Source: Planctomycetota bacterium (GTDB lineage: Bacteria; Planctomycetota; UBA1135; UBA2386). Taken from it: 64,000 nucleotides of DNA. Location of the stretch: contig JBGARS010000017.1 of NCBI GenBank assembly GCA_044230075.1, forward strand, positions 1 to 64,000. Direction: 5' to 3'. This document shows, one piece after another, positions 17,451 through 25,414 of the stretch; the stretch's first letter is position 1, and the number at the start of each line of letters is the position of its first letter. The notes beneath the pieces are model-generated. The model was not told where the DNA came from and searched no databases. It saw only the letters and a program-made list of their open reading frames with translations. Made by a program: the position numbers and the translations under genes.

Positions 17451-19172
17451 TCAGCGGGGAACGAGGCGCCAGCTGCGGCGCCGCAGGTCGATCGAGCGGG
17501 TGCTGAGGTCCGTGGCGCGTTCGACGTCCGCACGCCACGACGTGCCGCGCTGGTGCACGCGCTGCACGCAGCAGAGGCCGAGACCCTGTACGTCGATCCA
17601 GTCGCCGCGCTGCACCGGCGCGCCTTCGGGCAAGGTGTCGCCGGTGACGTTCTGCGGCACGTCGTTGCGCGCCGGCAGGTGCTGGTCCTGCCACTTCGCG
17701 GCGTCGACACACACGTCGCAGGTGCCGCAGCCGTCGTCGAGGTCGTGAAAGCCGAAGTGTTCGTGCACGGTCTGCTTGCGGCAGGCGCCCTCGGTCGCGT
17801 AGCGCACCATGCGCAGCAGGCCCATCAGGTCGCGCTGCTTCTTGTCGTCGGGCAACCAGTCGTGCAGTTCGTCTGCATCGGGCGCGCGCACCAATGCGAA
17901 GTCGGCTCCGAGATCGCCGCGTGTGCAGTTGGCGCTGCGCAGCAGGCGCAGCACGGTCTCGACCCGGCCGTCGTGGCGGTTCTTGGTCAGGAACGTCGCC
18001 CGCAGCGTGTCGAGGTCGACCGCCGGCAGGCGTTCGCCGAGTCCCTGCAGGTGCGCGACGACCTGCTGCGCGAAGTCCGCGCTCGGGTTCGCCCATTCGG
18101 TGAAGTCGCGTTGGATCACCAGGTCCTCGGCGCGGTAGAGCAGCTCGCAGAACGCACCCTGGCCGTCGCGGCCGGCGCGGCCGACCTCCTGGTAGTAGGC
18201 CTCGAGCGTGCGCGGGATCTGCCAGTGCACGATCGCGCGGATGTCGGGCTTGTCGACGCCCATGCCGAACGCGTTGGTCGCCAGCATCAGCGCGTCCTTG
18301 CTGGTGACGAACGCCGCCTGCTGCGTCTTCCGTTCATGGGCCGACAGGTCGCCGTGGTAGACCATCGGCCGGATGCCGCGCCGCTGCAGTTCGCCTTCGA
18401 GCCGCGCCAGGTCCTTGATCAACGCGCAGTAGACGATCGCCGGCCCGCCGGTGCGTTCGAGCACGGCCGACAGGCGCGCGAGCTTGTCGTCGTCGGTCTC
18501 TGCGTCGTGCACCGACAGGAACAGGTTGTCGCGTGCGATGCCGGTGTGGAACAGCGGTGCGTCCTGCAGGCCGAGCACCGTGCGGATGTCCCGCTGCACG
18601 TCGGGCGTCGCGGTCGCCGACAGCGCCAGGCACGGCGGATTGCCGAGCGCGCGCCGCACCTCGCCGAGGCGCAGGTAGTCGGGGCGGAAGTCGTGGCCCC
18701 AATGGCTGACGCAGTGGGCCTCGTCGACCGCGAGGCGCGCGACGCCGGCCGCGCGCACGGCATCGAGGAAGCCGTCGACCCGGAACCGCTCCGGCGTCAC
18801 GTAGAGCAGCTTGCACTCGCCGCGCAGTGCGCTCGCGAGCCGCCGTTCCCGTTCCTTGCGTTCCAGCAGGCTGTGCACGCAGGTCGCCGGCAGGCAACGC
18901 GCCCGCAGCGCAGCGACCTGGTCGTCCATCAGCGCGATCAGCGGCGAGATGACGAGCGTCAGGCCGTCACCGGTGAACGCCGGCAGCTGGTAGCACAGCG
19001 ACTTGCCGTCGCCGGTCGCCATCAGCACCAGCGCCGAGCCGCCGCCGAGGAAGTGCTGCACGATCGCCTCCTGCTGCGGCCGGAACGCCGGGAAGCCGAA
19101 CAGGCGCTGCAGGTCTTCGTGGAGGTCGCGGGCCACATCCGCAGCGTAGGCGCTGCCGCGGCCCGGCTCCAC
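17451..19172 (-). CDS. recQ: RecQ-family ATP-dependent DNA helicase
   Basis: FRPQQEAIVQHFL, MATGDGKSLCYQLPA (motif I), DEAHCVSHWGHDFRP (DEAH), RecQ zinc-binding Cys cluster (CRKQ...C..CDVC). 573 aa. Confidence 0.85.
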   Translation of the reverse strand: MEPGRGSAYAADVARDLHEDLQRLFGFPAFRPQQEAIVQHFLGGGSALVLMATGDGKSLCYQLPAFTGDGLTLVISPLIALMDDQVAALRARCLPATCVHSLLERKERERRLASALRGECKLLYVTPERFRVDGFLDAVRAAGVARLAVDEAHCVSHWGHDFRPDYLRLGEVRRALGNPPCLALSATATPDVQRDIRTVLGLQDAPLFHTGIARDNLFLSVHDAETDDDKLARLSAVLERTGGPAIVYCALIKDLARLEGELQRRGIRPMVYHGDLSAHERKTQQAAFVTSKDALMLATNAFGMGVDKPDIRAIVHWQIPRTLEAYYQEVGRAGRDGQGAFCELLYRAEDLVIQRDFTEWANPSADFAQQVVAHLQGLGERLPAVDLDTLRATFLTKNRHDGRVETVLRLLRSANCTRGDLGADFALVRAPDADELHDWLPDDKKQRDLMGLLRMVRYATEGACRKQTVHEHFGFHDLDDGCGTCDVCVDAAKWQDQHLPARNDVPQNVTGDTLPEGAPVQRGDWIDVQGLGLCCVQRVHQRGTSWRADVERATDLSTRSIDLRRRSWRLVPR

Positions 19173-19176
19173 GGCG

Positions 19177-20358
19177 TCACTTCGGCTGCACGGGCGGCGC
19201 CGTCAGCGCCGGCACGGCGTAGAGCGCCTGCAACGCGAGCGTGGCCAGTGCCGTCGCGTAGAGCCGGCCGCCATCGGCGCCCCACGGGTCGAGCGGATCC
19301 CACGATCCGGCGGCGTCGCCGTCGAGGCGTTGGCCCTGCTGCAGCGCGCCGACCAGGTGTTCGCGCCAGGTCGCGTTCGCGGCCGCATCGCCGAGACGCC
19401 GCACCGCCTCGCTGGCGAAGAACCAGTAGCACAGGTCGACCTTGCCGGCATCGGGTTGCCACTGCGGTGGCTTGGCCAGCACCAGCGCCATGCCGGCGAG
19501 CAGTGGTTCGCTCGCGGCATCCTCCCCAAGCGCGTGCCGGCACCACAGGCCGGCGGCGGTCATCGCCTCACCCTGCACCGGGGGAAAGCGCTTCGCGGTC
19601 TTCATGTTGCGCGAGCTCGCTTCGCCGGCGCGCGAGTAGCCGGTGCGGCCTTCGGCATCGGTGACCGCGGCCAGGAAGGTGCGCGCGCCGGCCAGGGTCC
19701 GGTCGTTGACGAGCAGGCCGAGTTCGCCGCCCGCGAGGCACGCCGCCGTGGCCCACGCGGTGACCGACGTGTCGTTGTCGCCGTCGCGCGGCATGTAGCG
19801 CCAGGCCAGGAACGGGTTGCGGTGCGCTTCGAGATAGCCGAGCCCGCCGCGCACCGCCTCGCGCGCCTCGGCGGAACCGGTCGCTGCCGCGGCCGCCGCG
19901 AGACCGAACGTCGCGATCGCGTGGCCGTAGATGTAGTCGTGCGTCGCCTTGGTGCCGCAGAGACCGTTCTCCTGCTGCTGCAGAGCCAGCCAGTGCACGC
20001 CGCGCAGCATCGCGTCGTGGCGGGGTTCGCTGCGGGCAGCCGTGCCTTCGCGCGCGAGCGCCAGCAGCGCGAGCCCGGTCACGGCGACGTCGTAGACCGG
20101 CCGGCCGGCGCCGGTCTTCGGCGCGTCGCTGTCCCAACGGCCATCGGGCTGCTGCTGGGCGAGCAGCCACAGGAGCGCGCGGCCGATCATGGCGGCCGCC
20201 GCCGGGTCGCCCTGCGCCAGCGCCGCGCGCGGGTCGTGCACGGTGCCGATGGCCAGCACTGGGCGAGGCTGCACCTGCTCCTGGCCGCGGACGGCGGTGA
20301 CGAGCAGCAGCGCGGCGAACGGGGCGACAAAGCGTGCAGGGTGCAGCAGGCGGAGCAT
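19177..20358 (-). CDS. Secreted prenyltransferase/squalene-oxidase-repeat (alpha/alpha-toroid) protein
   Basis: Signal peptide. Repeated QxxDGxW-like toroid repeats (QQQPDGRWDS, QQQENGLCG, GSWDP). Stop lies 4 nt before the recQ start. Confidence 0.6.
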   Translation of the reverse strand: MLRLLHPARFVAPFAALLLVTAVRGQEQVQPRPVLAIGTVHDPRAALAQGDPAAAAMIGRALLWLLAQQQPDGRWDSDAPKTGAGRPVYDVAVTGLALLALAREGTAARSEPRHDAMLRGVHWLALQQQENGLCGTKATHDYIYGHAIATFGLAAAAAATGSAEAREAVRGGLGYLEAHRNPFLAWRYMPRDGDNDTSVTAWATAACLAGGELGLLVNDRTLAGARTFLAAVTDAEGRTGYSRAGEASSRNMKTAKRFPPVQGEAMTAAGLWCRHALGEDAASEPLLAGMALVLAKPPQWQPDAGKVDLCYWFFASEAVRRLGDAAANATWREHLVGALQQGQRLDGDAAGSWDPLDPWGADGGRLYATALATLALQALYAVPALTAPPVQPK

Positions 20359-20458
20359 GGCGGCGGCAACGGCGGGGCGGGGATCGGGTTCAGGATCGGG
20401 CGTGCTTCCCCGGCCGTGCCGTGGAGCCCGCGTGCCGGAAGGCTACGCTGGCGCGGCC

Positions 20459-21502
20459 ATGACCGAGTTCTCCCGGCGTCGTTTCCTCCAGTCCGCGGCG
20501 GCCGGCGCGCTCGCCGCCCCCGCGTTCCCGCTGCGCCACACCGGCCTGCGTTCGCCGGTGGCGATCGCCAGCGCCAACGGCATCCAGGCCGTCGCGCTGG
20601 CCGTACAGCGCATGACCGAAGGCTGGCGCCCGGTCGACGCCGCGGTCGCCGGCGTCGAGCTGGTCGAGAACGATCCGAACGACGACAGCGTCGGCCTCGG
20701 CGGCCTGCCGAACGAGGACGGCGTGGTCGAACTCGACTCCTGCGTGATGGACGGACCGTCGGGCCTCGGCGGCGCCGTCGGCGCGCTGCAGAACATCAAG
20801 AACCCGGCGCAGGTCGCGTTGAAGGTCATGCGCCACACCGACCACGTGCTGCTGGTCGGCGAGGGCGCGCTGCGCTTCGCCAAGGCGCACGGCTTTCCGG
20901 AGGAGAACCTGCTGACCGACGCGTCGCGGCAGAAGTGGCTCGAGTGGTGCGAGAAGCGTTCGGCGGTCGACAAGCGCGTCTCGCCGGAGGAGAACGGCGA
21001 GGAGCACGGCCGCGAGTGGTTCGACAAGTACAAGCACAAGACCGGCACGATCCATCTCGGCGCGATCGCGGCGAACGGCGATGTCGGTTCGTGCACGACC
21101 ACGTCGGGCCTCGCGTTCAAGATCCCGGGGCGCGTCGGCGACTCGCCGCTGATCGGCTGCGGCAACTACTGCGACAACGATGTTGGCACGGGCGGTTCGA
21201 CGGGGCGCGGTGAGGCGGCGATCCTCAGCAACGGCGGCGCGTTCGTGGTGCACCAGATGGCGCTCGGCAAGTCGCCGACCGATGCGTGCATGGAAGCGGT
21301 GAAGCGTGTGGTGCGGCTGACGAAGGTGAAGCGGCTGCTGGATGCCAAGGGCCGGCCGAACTTCCAGGTGCAGTTCTACGCCGCCAACAAGGACGGCAAG
21401 TCCGGCGCGGCGGCGCTGTATGCGGGCAAGTTCGCGGTGTGCGATGAAGGCGGCGCGCGGCACGTCGACCTCGCGAGCCTCTACGACGAGACGCCGCGGT
21501 GA
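20459..21502 (+). CDS. Ntn-hydrolase asparaginase family protein (glycosylasparaginase / isoaspartyl peptidase-like) with Tat signal
   Basis: SRRRFLQSAAAGALA twin-arginine signal. Asparaginase_2 motifs (DSVGLGGLPNEDG, HKTGTIHLGAIA, GCGNYCDNDVGTGGSTGRGE). ATG 20459 chosen inside ORF 20189..21502. Confidence 0.8.
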   Translation: MTEFSRRRFLQSAAAGALAAPAFPLRHTGLRSPVAIASANGIQAVALAVQRMTEGWRPVDAAVAGVELVENDPNDDSVGLGGLPNEDGVVELDSCVMDGPSGLGGAVGALQNIKNPAQVALKVMRHTDHVLLVGEGALRFAKAHGFPEENLLTDASRQKWLEWCEKRSAVDKRVSPEENGEEHGREWFDKYKHKTGTIHLGAIAANGDVGSCTTTSGLAFKIPGRVGDSPLIGCGNYCDNDVGTGGSTGRGEAAILSNGGAFVVHQMALGKSPTDACMEAVKRVVRLTKVKRLLDAKGRPNFQVQFYAANKDGKSGAAALYAGKFAVCDEGGARHVDLASLYDETPR

Positions 21503-24018
21503 ACGAGCCAGGGCGCGGTCGGCGAACGGTCGTCTGGGGCGGTCTGTCGGTCGCGGTCGTGCTGCTGTGCGTTGCTGTGTGGCAGTGGTGGCCCGGCGCG
21601 AGTTCGGTGGCGGTTCCGGGTGTTGGTGGTGGAGCTGCACCCGCGGTCGCGCCGCTGCCGTCGTCGCCCCCGTCGCCGGCCAACATGCCCGCCGTCGGTG
21701 TCGAGCGCGAGGTGGCCGCAGCGGACCCGTCCACACCATCGCAGACGTTGCGCGTCGTCGACGAACACGGCGCGCCGGTCGTCGACGCGGAAGTGGCGTG
21801 GACGGATGCGATGCCCGACGCGGTTGCGCCGCGCGACGACGTCGAGGCCGAGTTCGTCGCACGTGCGCGGCGGCGCACCCGCAGCGATGGCACGGTCACG
21901 TTGCCCGGCGCGTCGCGGTATCGCTTCGTATTGGCGCGCAAGGAGACCGCGTTCGGCGGCGATCGGGTCACGTTCGATGCGTTCGAGCCGGTGCCAGACC
22001 TGGTGATCACCGAGGATCGCACGTTGCGGGCCCGAGTTGTCGGACCGGACGGCGTGCCCCGCGCGGCGGTTCCGGTGGCCGTGTGCTGGAACAGCTACGA
22101 GTCCCCGTGGCGGAACGAGGTGGAGACGAAGTGGCTGCGCTCGGACGAACAGGGACGGGTCACGGTGTGGCACGCACAGACGCTGGACATCTGGAACCGC
22201 ACCGCACCGGTGGTCGAGCTGTCGGCGCGCGTGTTCGGCGCTGCGACCACGACCGTGCGGGTGCCGTTGCGCGACGTGGTGCCGGCGGTGATCGACCTGC
22301 CGTGCGCTGCACACGGCTCGCTGCGCGTGCGACCGCAGCTCGCCGACGGAAGACCGTGCCCTTGGCCCCTGCGCTGCCGCCTGGATGCCGTCGACGACGG
22401 GCCGGCCGGGGAGATCGGGTGGCCGTTGCCCTGGGGGATGCGGGAGGAACTCGTGGTCCCAGCGGTCGCGCTCGGCCGCCAGTGGCAGGTCGGCATCGAT
22501 GGTTTCGCGACGAAGACCTGTCGCGGTCCGACGGCCGACCACGAGCAGGTGCTGGTCGACCTCGCATTCGCCGGCGCTGGCGTTTGCGCGACGGTTCGGT
22601 TGGTGCTGCCGGACGGCTCGCCGTTGGTCGAGGCGGCGGTCGCGATCGACGGCGAATGGTGGCGCGCGGTGAGCACGGATGCCGACGGGCGCACGACGTT
22701 CCTGGTGCCGAAACCGCAGGCGCTCGTCGCCATCCGCAGCGCGACCCCGGACGCCGAGGCGACCGTCGCGCTGCCCGCGGCGGGGCCTTCCGGGCATCTG
22801 CTCGATCTCGGTGACGTGCGGTTGCACAACGTGGATCGGGTGATCGCGACCGGGCGGGTAGTGGACGCGGCGACGGGAGCCGGGCATTGGGCGTTGGTCG
22901 AAGTGAACGACGTGCGTGACGCGAGAGACGAGGGGCATCCCGCTCGGCATGTGCAGTCCACGGCCATGGATGGTCGCTTCGAGCTGTTCGAATTGCCCGA
23001 CGAGCGGTTCGGCGACCTGCTGCAGCTGTCCGTGCACCTCGATGGGTTCGCCGAGCCTTCCCTGCTCGTCCGGCGCGGTAGCCGTGACGTGCGGATCGCC
23101 TTGCAGCGGTCGCCACAACTGCGCGCGACGCTGCAGTTCGACCCCGACATCCAGCTGCTGACCATGGGCTGCGAACTGCGACGCGGCGACGACCACATCG
23201 ATCCGTTCGTCCAGCACGAGCGGCCGGGCTTCGTGCAGTGCACGTTCGCCTTGCCGACCGGTGAGATCGCGCCCGACCTCGCGTTCGTGCTCGAAGGATC
23301 GGACGAGCAGCCGCCGCTGCTGTCGGTGCCGTCCGGCGACTGGCACCACGAACGCGGCGGCTACAGGGTGACGCTCGACCTGCGCGGCAAGCTCGCGAAC
23401 GTGATCGCGCGCGCGCTCGTCCGTGGCGTGGCGGTGGAACTCGACCAGCTGTTCGTGCGGCCGATGGGGGCGTCGGGTCCATGGTCCGACATCGCGCACG
23501 GCTCATGCCACGGCTGTACCGCGCTGCGCGGCGCCACGTTCGACGCGATCGCGGTGCCACGCGACGGTTTCCCGGTGCGCACCCACCTCGTCGGCGGCGA
23601 GAACCGGATCGACCTGCCGCCGCCAGCTACGATCGTCGTGCAACTCGCCGGCTGGCCCGACGACCGTGCCGGCAGGGTTGTGGTGCGGCAGTTGACCTGG
23701 CACGAGCCGCTGCTGATCGAACCCCTCGAGGCCGGCGTGCTCGACGAGTACCTCGACCCACGCGTGTGGCCGCGTTCACAGGCCGATTGGCAGGACATGG
23801 GAGATCGCTCGGACCAGTGGCTCGCCGTGCCGGGCGCCGAGATCACGTTCCGGGTCGCGCGCCGCGGCAGCTACCTGGCGGTGCCGTGCGTGCTGGTCGA
23901 CAACCGCCCCGTGCCGATGCTCGAAGCCGCGGTGCCGCTCGAGGTGACGACGCCCGGCCAACGCATCGACGTGACGATCCACGTCGATCCGGCGCAGCTC
24001 GAAGCCGCGCGGCGGTGA
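21499..24018 (+). CDS. Large membrane-anchored protein with multiple CarboxypepD_reg/transthyretin-like beta-sandwich repeats (hypothetical)
   Basis: GTG start overlapping the asparaginase TGA (GTGA). N-terminal TM helix VVWGGLSVAVVLLCVAVWQWW. Repeated DG(R/T)xxL/F motifs (DGRFELFELP, DGTVTLPG, DGRTTFLVP). Confidence 0.55.
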   Translation: MNEPGRGRRTVVWGGLSVAVVLLCVAVWQWWPGASSVAVPGVGGGAAPAVAPLPSSPPSPANMPAVGVEREVAAADPSTPSQTLRVVDEHGAPVVDAEVAWTDAMPDAVAPRDDVEAEFVARARRRTRSDGTVTLPGASRYRFVLARKETAFGGDRVTFDAFEPVPDLVITEDRTLRARVVGPDGVPRAAVPVAVCWNSYESPWRNEVETKWLRSDEQGRVTVWHAQTLDIWNRTAPVVELSARVFGAATTTVRVPLRDVVPAVIDLPCAAHGSLRVRPQLADGRPCPWPLRCRLDAVDDGPAGEIGWPLPWGMREELVVPAVALGRQWQVGIDGFATKTCRGPTADHEQVLVDLAFAGAGVCATVRLVLPDGSPLVEAAVAIDGEWWRAVSTDADGRTTFLVPKPQALVAIRSATPDAEATVALPAAGPSGHLLDLGDVRLHNVDRVIATGRVVDAATGAGHWALVEVNDVRDARDEGHPARHVQSTAMDGRFELFELPDERFGDLLQLSVHLDGFAEPSLLVRRGSRDVRIALQRSPQLRATLQFDPDIQLLTMGCELRRGDDHIDPFVQHERPGFVQCTFALPTGEIAPDLAFVLEGSDEQPPLLSVPSGDWHHERGGYRVTLDLRGKLANVIARALVRGVAVELDQLFVRPMGASGPWSDIAHGSCHGCTALRGATFDAIAVPRDGFPVRTHLVGGENRIDLPPPATIVVQLAGWPDDRAGRVVVRQLTWHEPLLIEPLEAGVLDEYLDPRVWPRSQADWQDMGDRSDQWLAVPGAEITFRVARRGSYLAVPCVLVDNRPVPMLEAAVPLEVTTPGQRIDVTIHVDPAQLEAARR

Positions 24019-24309
24019 ACATCCGGGCCTGGCTGCCCCCGTCGGCACACAGGATGGCATGCAACCATCCCCTGGAAGTGCCACCGCCTGGCTCGAACGC
24101 GATTCGACGTGCCGGAAGCGCTGGTCCTGCCCGTGTCCGAGCAGCTCAACGATGTGCTGGACCCGATCGAGGCGGAGCCGATGTGGTTGGCGTGTGCGTT
24201 CGACGCAGAGGAGTCGCCGGAGAAGCGGGCTGAGCTTCCCGGCGAGACGGTGTGGTACCTGCCGCGCCGGACCCACGCGCAGACGCGCTGACCCCGCGCG
24301 GTCCTCGAC

Positions 24310-25347
24310 CTACTTCCAGGGCCCGTCGCGCGTCACGTTGACGAACGCCTTGCCGGTGAAGCGGAACAGGCCGCCGGAGCAGCCGAACCACAGGACCCCG
24401 TCCTTGTCCTCCAGGATGCTCTGCACGTGGCTGCGGGTCAGGCCCTGTGCCTCGCCGAACGCGGTGAAGGTCTTGCCGTCGTAGCGACACGCGCCGGCGC
24501 CGAGCGTGGAGAACCACAGGTTGCCGGCCTTGTCCTCCAGCAGATCGAAGATGCGGTCGTTGTTGAGCCCGTCCTTGCTGGTGAAGTTGCGGAACGTCGT
24601 GCCGTCGTAGCAGCTGACGCCGCCGCCTTCGCTGCCGAGCCAGATCCGCCCCTGCCGATCGGCGAGCAGGCAGCGCACCTGGTTGCCGGCGAGGCCGTCC
24701 TTGGTGGTGAAGGTCGTGAACGTCGTGCCGTCGTAGCGGCGCGCGCCTTCGCCGTCGGTGCCGAACCAGAGGTTGCCGGCCCGGTCCTCGCACATGCTCC
24801 AGACCAGTCGCGGCGTGAAGCGGAACGCGGGTTCCGCGACCTCGGCCCGCGGGATGGCGAACGGGAGGAAGGCCTTGCCGTCGAATCGGCAGACGCCGCC
24901 GAGCGTAGCGACCCAGATCGTGCCGGCCCGGTCCCGGTACATGCTCCACACGTCGTTGTCGGGCAGGCCGTGCAACACCGTGTAGTTGGTGAACATGCCG
25001 AACTCGTAGCGACTGACGCCGCCTTCGGTGCCGAACCACATGGCGCCGTCGCCGTCCTGCAGGATGCCGCGCACCGCCCGCCCGCTGAACCCCTGCTCGA
25101 CGTTGAGGTAGAGCAGGGCCTTGCCGTCGTAGCGGCAGACGCCGTCGCTGTTGGTGCCGAACCAGAACACCCCGTCGCGGTCCTGGAAGACATGGCGCAC
25201 GTATTCGCTGATCTGCGCCGGCGCCGCGGGCGCCGCGGGCGCGGCGGATTTCGGTTCGGTGGGCGGGGCCTGCGCCGATGTGACGGCGGTCGTCGTCACC
25301 CACGCGAACAGCGGCACCAGGGACACGATGCAGCGGTGGATGTGCAT
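24310..25347 (-). CDS. Secreted two-component-regulator-propeller (Reg_prop) repeat protein
   Basis: Signal peptide. About 8 repeats of the WFGTxxGGvxRYDG type (FWFGTNSDGVCRYDG, MWFGTEGGVSRYEF, LWFGTDGEGARRYDG and others). Confidence 0.7.
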   Translation of the reverse strand: MHIHRCIVSLVPLFAWVTTTAVTSAQAPPTEPKSAAPAAPAAPAQISEYVRHVFQDRDGVFWFGTNSDGVCRYDGKALLYLNVEQGFSGRAVRGILQDGDGAMWFGTEGGVSRYEFGMFTNYTVLHGLPDNDVWSMYRDRAGTIWVATLGGVCRFDGKAFLPFAIPRAEVAEPAFRFTPRLVWSMCEDRAGNLWFGTDGEGARRYDGTTFTTFTTKDGLAGNQVRCLLADRQGRIWLGSEGGGVSCYDGTTFRNFTSKDGLNNDRIFDLLEDKAGNLWFSTLGAGACRYDGKTFTAFGEAQGLTRSHVQSILEDKDGVLWFGCSGGLFRFTGKAFVNVTRDGPWK

Positions 25348-25414
25348 GGTTGGCAGCGTAGTGGTGCCGCGCCTGGCGGCGCGTCAGCGGTCTGTCAGCC
25401 GGCGCGCGCGATCG

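Noticed and set aside
15890-17710. 606-aa version of the methyltransferase, 765-aa ORF 34146..36443, 403-aa ORF 47884..49095 and 1134-aa ORF 56212..59616
   Set aside because: In each case the N-terminal part is low-complexity high-GC translation. Internal ATGs (17389, 35126, 48747, 57025) coincide with recognisable protein N-termini and, where checked, an RBS.
24109-24291. 60-aa GTG-initiated ORF after the 839-aa repeat protein
   Set aside because: Plausible composition (acidic, Glu/Pro-rich) but no motif and no RBS. Left out of the feature list as unsupported.
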